Source: Eledone cirrhosa | Taxonomy: Eukaryota | Direction: 5' to 3' | Assembly: GCA_964016885.1 (NCBI GenBank) | Contig: OZ024745.1 | Coordinates: 41,726,001-41,790,000 of the forward strand | DNA: 64,000 bases | In this document: one piece after another, positions 55,761 through 64,000 of the stretch | Position numbering within the stretch: position 1 is the stretch's first letter | Layout: every line of letters starts with the position of its first letter | The notes under the pieces: model-generated | What the model was told of the DNA's origin: nothing | The model's input: the letters and a program-made list of their open reading frames with translations, nothing else | Database searches by the model: none | Translations under genes and position numbers: made by a program

Positions 55761-56905
55761 CGCTGTCTGTCATTATTATACACACCACCGCTATCACCAC
55801 AATCACAACCGCTATTAACACCGCCATTAAAACTTGTCATCACCTACAGGAATCTTAATACCACCATTAAAACCAACTCTACTATTAATACCACGACTAT
55901 AGCCACCATCACAGCCCCCACCTCCAACAACAACAATAACAATCCCAAAGCCACGGCTAACACCGTTACTATCATCACCATTACCGCTAAAAGGCTTTAT
56001 TAAGTAATATCTATCATTTTGTAAACCCAACCAATCAAAATGCTTCTCCATTGGAGCACCAAAGCGGAAAAAGAGTGAATGAACGAAAATAAAATTTCGT
56101 TTATAGGCAAGGGGGAAGGTTTGAAGCTTGAACTGTGGCCTCCCAGCTACGAGCAGTCCTCCGAGTGAGGTGAAGCAGTGAAGTGATGACATCTTCTCGT
56201 CTAGATTGACAAACCGAAAGACAAATAGATGGCTTGTCGCTGTCGGTTGGACGGCCTGTGTTCAAACCGACTTCAATCTATCGAGGTTCGGTGCATATTT
56301 CGTGGTTTTTGTGATGGCCACCATTTTGGTAACATGCTCAATTAAGGACGTCTTGGAGGTGGAATAGAAAGAAGAAGAAGAAGAAGAAGAAGAAGACGAC
56401 GACAACGACGACCACGAAGAAGTAGAACAACAACAACAACAAAAGCAATAATAACAACAACAACAATAAAAACAACAATAACAACAACACCAATGAAGAT
56501 GAAAAGAAAAAAAACAAGATGATAAAGAAGTCGCCGATGAAAAAAAAAGGAAAGCAGACGAGGGGATGGGAGAAAAGGTGGAAGAATGGGGAAAGAAAAA
56601 GAATGAAATCAAATAATGAAAAAAAAAAGAAAAGAAATATGCAAAGACAAATAACAAGAATAGGAACAAAAAGAACAATATCTAGATGAGAACGAAGAAA
56701 AAGGAACGAAAATTAAGTGATTTCGGGGTAAAAAAGGAAAAACTGGAGATTTTGTTGTATACATCTAAATATCTGCAAGGAAGGAAGAATGGGATGATGC
56801 AACAGTCATGTTTTCCAAGAACATAGGCAATGTAAGTAAACTATAACGTTTACAGAAAGTAATAGAAAACAGGTTGCTTTACAGTTTAATAACTTGAGTG
56901 GGGCC

Positions 56906-57310
56906 AATAATGGTTTGTAATTTAAGTTCAAGGCCAGTATTTTGAAGGGGAAGTAGATTAACCCGACACCAGTGTGTTACTGGTACTTTCTTTTGTCGAT
57001 TCCGTAAGGATGAACGGCAAAACTAATTTCGGTGAGATTTGAACTCAGAACGTAAAGGGCCGTAACTATATGCCGCAAAGCATGTTCTCCAGCGCTCTAT
57101 CGATATTGCCAAATCACAGTCCTAAAATACGAATAATAATGGTTTCTGATTCAGGCACAAGACCAACAATGCGTTATTGTTACTTTATTTTATCGACCCC
57201 GTAAGGATGAAAGGCAAAGCTGACCTCGACGGGATTTGAAGGCAGAACGTTAGAATGTAGTAACTTAATACCAAAAAACATTTTGGCTGGCACTATACCG
57301 ATTCTGCCAA
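56906..57310 (-). mobile_element. Two tandem minus-strand SINE copies
   Basis: ccgtaaggatgaa(c/a)ggcaaa..gatttgaa..cagaacgt in both copies (~56906-57115 and ~57132-57310). Confidence 0.8.
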
Positions 57311-59163
57311 TAATAATAGTAATAATGATTTCTTTATTAGCTATAACGGGCTGACATTAAGAAAACGTTAACGACAGCACAGGACGGTACAGTATGGGAT
57401 TTTGTGTGTAAGAAAAACTAAAAGATAAATATTTGAAAAATCAAACAAAACAAATTCCCTAATAGGGCGAGAACCTCCAAGGGTCACTCGTGGAGAAAAC
57501 TAACAAAAAGTAAGTACCCTTTCCCAGTTTTCCTCCTCAAATCTACAGATGCATACTCAGAGCAGACCCTTTCTCTCGAGCCAGGCACACCACTCTCATC
57601 CACCTTCGATTTGTAGATGACATAGTTCTTGCTTCAGGATATCCAAACTGTGTTATAACAACTGGATACAACAAGCATGGTATTTATACTAAGAATGAAC
57701 ATAAAATATGAAATAATTATCAACACATTGATAGATGAAGGTCTTTTTATATGGAAGTTGGGGAAACTGCACTGATTAAGACATTGATGCATATCTGCTC
57801 AACTAGTCTTGTAACGGCGAAGTTATATCTACCAGTTCAAATGAAACAGTCGTTAGCAAATATAACATAAGCATAATAGATGAAATGTTCAAGAAGCGAT
57901 ACACCAAACAAACGTCTTCCTTCTAAGATATTAGCAACAAAGAACAAATGCTTGTCTAATTTCACAGGTACTACTTAATTTAGGATGAAAAGAAAATTCA
58001 ACCACCATGGGTCTGACACATTACCAAATCTATCATTCACCCCTTTCAAGCAAAGGAATATTAATGTTTTTTTTCCAGATTCTGAATTCTGCAACCGCAT
58101 ACACACACATCAACATACACACACACAAACACACATACCTACACACATACATCAATATCTATACACACACAAACACCTACACATACATGCAACCACACAT
58201 GTATTTCTCTTCATACATTGATATATACAAGTATATAGATGCTTGATTACACATATACCTACATGAAACTAGCATAGAGATGTATACGTACATACATAGA
58301 TGCATATACACACGCAAAGTGCAATTTCCTGCGAATATCTAGATACTTCATTGTTGTCAAAGTTTAAAAAACAACCACAACCTACCAGATATTAAAAAAA
58401 ACAAAAACAAAAAAAAAACACCTGATATCAGAACAACGAAACAAACATAAAATTAGCACCGTAATAATAAATAAAAATCGAAAATGACAGTTTAGAAGAC
58501 AAAAAAAAAAAAGAAAGGTTATTTCCCATTTAAAATTAATTTCAGCTGGCAAAGAAGGTCCCCACGTTAACTTTAGTTCAACGAAGCATACATCTTGAAT
58601 ACAAGACAAAAACGAAATAAATAATTAAATGAATAAATACATATAAATATGGAAAATATTTCAAGACAAGAGATAATTCTCGAAGGAAAAAATATGGAAG
58701 ACAAACACTGAAAGAACAGATAAAAAAAGTGAAGATATAAGACAGAAAATATACGTATGTATGTGTATGTATGTTTTTATATATGTATGTATGTGCGTAT
58801 GTATGTTTTTATATATGTATGTATGTGCGTATGTATGCATGTATGCATGTATGCATGTATGTATGCGTGTATGTATGTTGGTATGTATGTACGTATGATT
58901 GTATGTATGGATGTATGTATGTATAAATGGATAAACAGATACAGTAATAAACAGATATTTATATATTCAGAGAGATAAGGACACACATACACACACACAC
59001 ACACACACAAATATATACATATATACAAGGTGTATGTGTTTTTATTTATACATACATATATATGTGTGTATGTGTGTGTGTCTGCGTGCGTATGTGTGTG
59101 TGCATAGTATGTAATTAAACATTAGATTGTTAGTTTGATATATATATATATATATATATATGC

Positions 59164-59210
<47 letters not shown>

Positions 59211-59813
59211 CATACACAGACATATGTATATATGTGATACACATTCAGGAAGAAAAAAGAACGCAGTTCCCTATGTATATACAAATAAAGAAAGTTATCA
59301 AGTGAGAAGCAAAGAAGTAGCTGCTTACATTTGGATTTAGTTTTAACATGTTTCTTTTTGAAATTTTGCGTTCATACATTAATGTGTTTCAATCGACAGA
59401 ATACAAAAAATCTCATACGCTACTGTACATGTGAATCGGATGCAGTCAGCCATAATTGTAGCACAGAAAGAGCAATGATATTGCCAAGTGGCCATTGAAG
59501 GAGTCATGTCAACTAGTTACATCCATACCGTACACACCACTTGTAGTCTTTGCTTGTAACTCAACAAGACAGAAACAGGCAGGATGTTCTTCTCTTGTAT
59601 TCTTATGTGGCTCTTTTGTAGTTTACGCTATATTGTTGTTTTATTTTAGTTATTCACTCAAGCCTTCAGCGCAGCAGCAGCTGATGTTTTTTTTATATAT
59701 ATATATATATATATATATTACTTCGAACATTGATATACGAACATATAAGTGCATTAAGATGAATATATATACACGTGCATACACTCCCCCACAACTGTAT
59801 ATATTTATACACG

Positions 59814-59941
<128 letters not shown>

Positions 59942-59950
59942 TGTGTTTGT

Positions 59951-59982
<32 letters not shown>

Positions 59983-60000
59983 CTCTCTCTCTCTCTAAAT

Positions 60001-60068
<68 letters not shown>

Positions 60069-60319
60069 TATATGCATACATTTGTGTGTGTGTGTGTGTG
60101 TACATGTATATGATTGTATACGCACTTTTATATCTGTACATCATAGTACTAACAAATATATAGCAGCAACAAATGCGGTGAAGACTAGAGTTCGCATTTG
60201 AAGATCGCAATGGCGTGGAATTCATGTGAGAAACGAATTCCTTTACAATTCAATACTTTTGCCTCTATTTATTTCTCTCTCTCTCTATCTATATATCAAG
60301 ACCCCCCTCTCTCTCTCTC

Positions 60320-60421
<102 letters not shown>

Positions 60422-62685
60422 CGTATGTATGTGCATGTGATTTGCATTTATTATTATTTATTTACTATTTTTTGTAAATAATAAGTTAAGTGAAAAGCGC
60501 CATCTTGTTGAACTATTTGAAATGTACCTTCTTGGGATTTAAAAAAATGTCTTTCTTTGTTTTATTTCCTTTATTACTCTCGACACCAGAATATCGATGT
60601 TTATCTCCTCTCTTTACTTTATTAGTTCTATTTCAGATAAAGTGCTCAATGGACGCAATTTAAACAAGTCATTCCTGTATTATACACTTTTTTTTACTTC
60701 AAGTTTTCACTCTATTCCTTTCTATCACCATCTTTGATTTTTATTTTACACTTGACAGTATTCCAACATGCTGCTATTTTTTTGTTGTCATTGCTTATTT
60801 CTACATATTGATATATTTGAATAAGCTGGTTACAGGATCAAGGAAATAGCATGAAATATATGTTTTGCGCAATCTTTTTTGTTATCTTAACTGCTGACTT
60901 TCTTTCGTCCAACATCATTCTTCTGTACTCAATGACAATATTAACTAACTGCTGCATGATTTCAAGTAAGGATGGTTGTGTAGGATGGACAGATGGTGCT
61001 AGTGGTGAATAGTAAATCAGATGATGAAGAGAAGTACTTTTGACGTAAGTCAGACTTCTTAACAATATTGAGGTTGAGCCGAAATTAATGAAAAAAAAAA
61101 GAGAATAAGCAGAATTTGTGAATAATTTTATCAAGATGCAATCAACGAATAAAACAAAACAGAGCCTGCTTAAAAAAAGAAAACTGATATAAATTCTGAC
61201 GATAAAACTTGTTTACCAGATATTCCTCTCTTATGGAAGACTTCAACTAGATTTTAAATAGAGTTAAGAACTAAAGGTACACAAACTGTCTACAAAATTT
61301 CAATATATTACTATGTTGATATATTAAATATTGATTGACATCACCAAATACCGAAATGTGAACAATGTTGAAAAAGTTAACATAAGTATAAATATATCCA
61401 AATCATATATACATGCTTCCATACGTACATACATTCTTACATAATACATACACGGACATACGCACGCACACATACAGAGGCATACAGACACACGCACATA
61501 TATATGCATACATACATATATATATGTGTGTGTGTGTGTGTGTCTGTATGCACATGAGATACAAAGAGCAAGAGAGGGTTGAAAGATGAGGAGGGAGAGA
61601 AGCCATATTGTATGACATGTCTATTTTAAGTGATTGTAATTTAGAACCTCCCATGTCAAGTATGCTCTGAACAATGTTTGTACTATAACAGAAACTATCT
61701 ACTCTTGATATTCTCAATTTTTATTACAAAAAGTTTTATTAAACTGAAAAATAAGACAATGATTACGAGGTCATTCTAATATAATGTTCTTATTATTCTA
61801 AGTCCCTGAACATCATGAAGATGAACATTTCTAGAATTAAATGTCAGCAATAAAAACCTAAGCATGAAACAAACAGAAAACTTCTAAATCTTTTCTCAAA
61901 GTATGAGAGTAAACAAGTGTCATTCAAATCCATCATATTAAACATCCTTGGTTTTAGACTGTACAGATATGTGATTTGAATTTGAACTATTATTCGACTT
62001 CTCCATTTCATTTCTTCATAACTTATAAGATCGATGTTTAGCTTTATAATAGTTAGAAATTCAGCAAGAAAAATAAATATTTAAACTATGTACTATGTAA
62101 GAAATAACTAATTTTAACCAGATAATTAGATTTAATATAATGATTGATATATTTATAATATTAATTTCTACCAAAGTGAATATTATTTCCTCGATCATGG
62201 AATTATCCCAAAATTTTATTTTAACAGAGAATTTAATTTCAGAATGTAAATGGATATAACTAAATACGGAAGGATATTTAATACATACCACGCTTTATTA
62301 TATTGGCCATGTAACTTACGTCTTTTCCACTAAAAGTCTTGATTGTTTTCAGTCAGGTCGGGCCTTGAAAGTTTTCTGATCGTGCTTTACACCTTAGTTA
62401 TGTTTTGGACACCATAACTCACGCGAGTAAAGAGTTGTTGTTATCGAAGACATATCCAGATGTAGGGAGTTTATCTGGAATTTGACCAACGATATTAAAA
62501 TTTTATGCGATTTTTTTAAATTGAATTTGAATAGCTGTGTTGGCTGTTGTTATGAGATGAGGGATTAATATTGTAGTAGGTGGGTAACACGGGGACAAGC
62601 ACAGGTAGAATTGTGTGATTTGGGAAATGTTGATGAAATAATTTCCACGTCATACAAATGATGTAGTTAGCGTGCAGGACGGTGT

Positions 62686-62719
<34 letters not shown>

Positions 62720-63510
62720 AAGGTTTGAGTTTTTCTTGTCAATCTCATTAGTCAAGGTCTGTCATGCTATTTATCATTTGTTTTGTAATTTACCTCTGGA
62801 GTGCTTCGGTTTTCATAATATTTTGTTTCGTGTAGAGAGACCACAAGGTGCAACAGTACTCATGGTGGCGCCGTGCAAATGTCGAGAAGAGAAGGATATT
62901 GGTGGGAATATCTCTAGGCTGGAAAGTTCTAAGGATCCAGAAACACATCATGTGAATCATGTCAACTTTGTTGTTTATTTGAGTACTTCAGCTTCAGTTA
63001 TTATTGAAAATTGCTCGAAAGTCTTTGGTGTAGAACGCCACGAGGATTTCATTCGAATGAAGAGAATATGATAAATCAAGTGCACACTCTTTTCCAAAGT
63101 GGATTAACACAAACCTGTTACCGTTTAGTAGAATATTCTTCTCGCCCTTTGAATAACAACGAGCAGATCCGATTGTATATTATTCTCATTTTGACGTCTT
63201 CGAAATACGTATAACGGTACTATGTAATAAACAGAGGTTGTACATTTAAAACCGTCTCTCTTCATTTTTTGTGTTCATTTTGAAAGATTTGAAACGAGTG
63301 TTGAAACAGATATTTTATACCTTGGGAGGGTCATGCTGTTAATAAAAACACGGACCTATCTGTTGAGTTTCAAATCAGTTTTGTTATTATTGGTTGAGTG
63401 ACAAATTTTTCCGTCAGTTAGTTTAATAACCGTATGGTTGTTTAGATGTCATTGTCACATCATGTTTAACGAAACAGCTTTGCCGATATATATATATATA
63501 TATATACATA

Positions 63511-63688
63511 GGAACAAGTATGACCCGACGGCAGAGCTCAAGCCGTTTCGACGGCTATTTCTGGACTCAGAAACGGCTTGAGCTCTGCCGTCGGGGTCAT
63601 ACTTGTCCCTATTACCCACTCTACTACCCTAAGTATTGAGTACTTTGGTGCGTTATGGTCCATCTAGTTCCTTACCACAATTCCTTCG

Positions 63689-63691
<3 letters not shown>
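63511..63691. mobile_element. Third copy of the 52131 palindromic element
   Basis: Same fold-back structure with a small deletion in the right arm and the same 3' tail ..ccttaccacaattccttcgtta, flanked by (TA)n. Confidence 0.85.
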
Positions 63692-63761
<70 letters not shown>

Positions 63762-64000
63762 CACGTATGTATGTGTTTGGATGCGTGTGTCTACGTCTAT
63801 ATATATGCAATATGTGGGTGTTTGTGTGCAGCATTGGGAATGGGAGATAGAGATTGTGTGTTGCATATTTACACACAGGTGATATAAAACACAGATGATT
63901 TTTAAGTATGCTAAACAATTTTCGAATATTGGAAATATCCATAATCATTTACTAATTCCTGTACATTTATTATTGCTGCTTATACATGTTACTAAGAAAC

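Overview
AT-rich, microsatellite-saturated eukaryotic genomic DNA. The repeat content ((TA)n/(CA)n/(GA)n tracts and a tRNA-derived SINE family) suggests an octopus or other coleoid cephalopod, but this is inference. One protein-coding gene is supported: an Lmx1-class LIM-homeobox gene on the minus strand. Seven GT-AG exons with consistent phases (25874-25657, 21413-21277, 18881-18804, 15333-15231, candidate microexon 9978-9937, 5861-5778, 373-174) encode LIM2, the homeodomain and the diagnostic NPIDKLYSMQNSYF C-terminus. I could not find the LIM1/start exons in the ~38 kb upstream, which contains a 200-N gap. Introns hold a decayed ~1.27-kb mariner, an RTE-type LINE fragment, about 15 SINE copies, a small MITE and long triplet repeats. 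The most unusual signal is a set of short, mutually unrelated elements wedged into (TA)n tracts. They repeatedly carry hammerhead-ribozyme motifs (three complete or near-complete, several 3' halves) and are often perfect fold-back palindromes, which fits microsatellite-targeted Penelope-like or retrozyme remnants. Two of the hammerheads lie in the sense orientation of the Lmx1 transcript.
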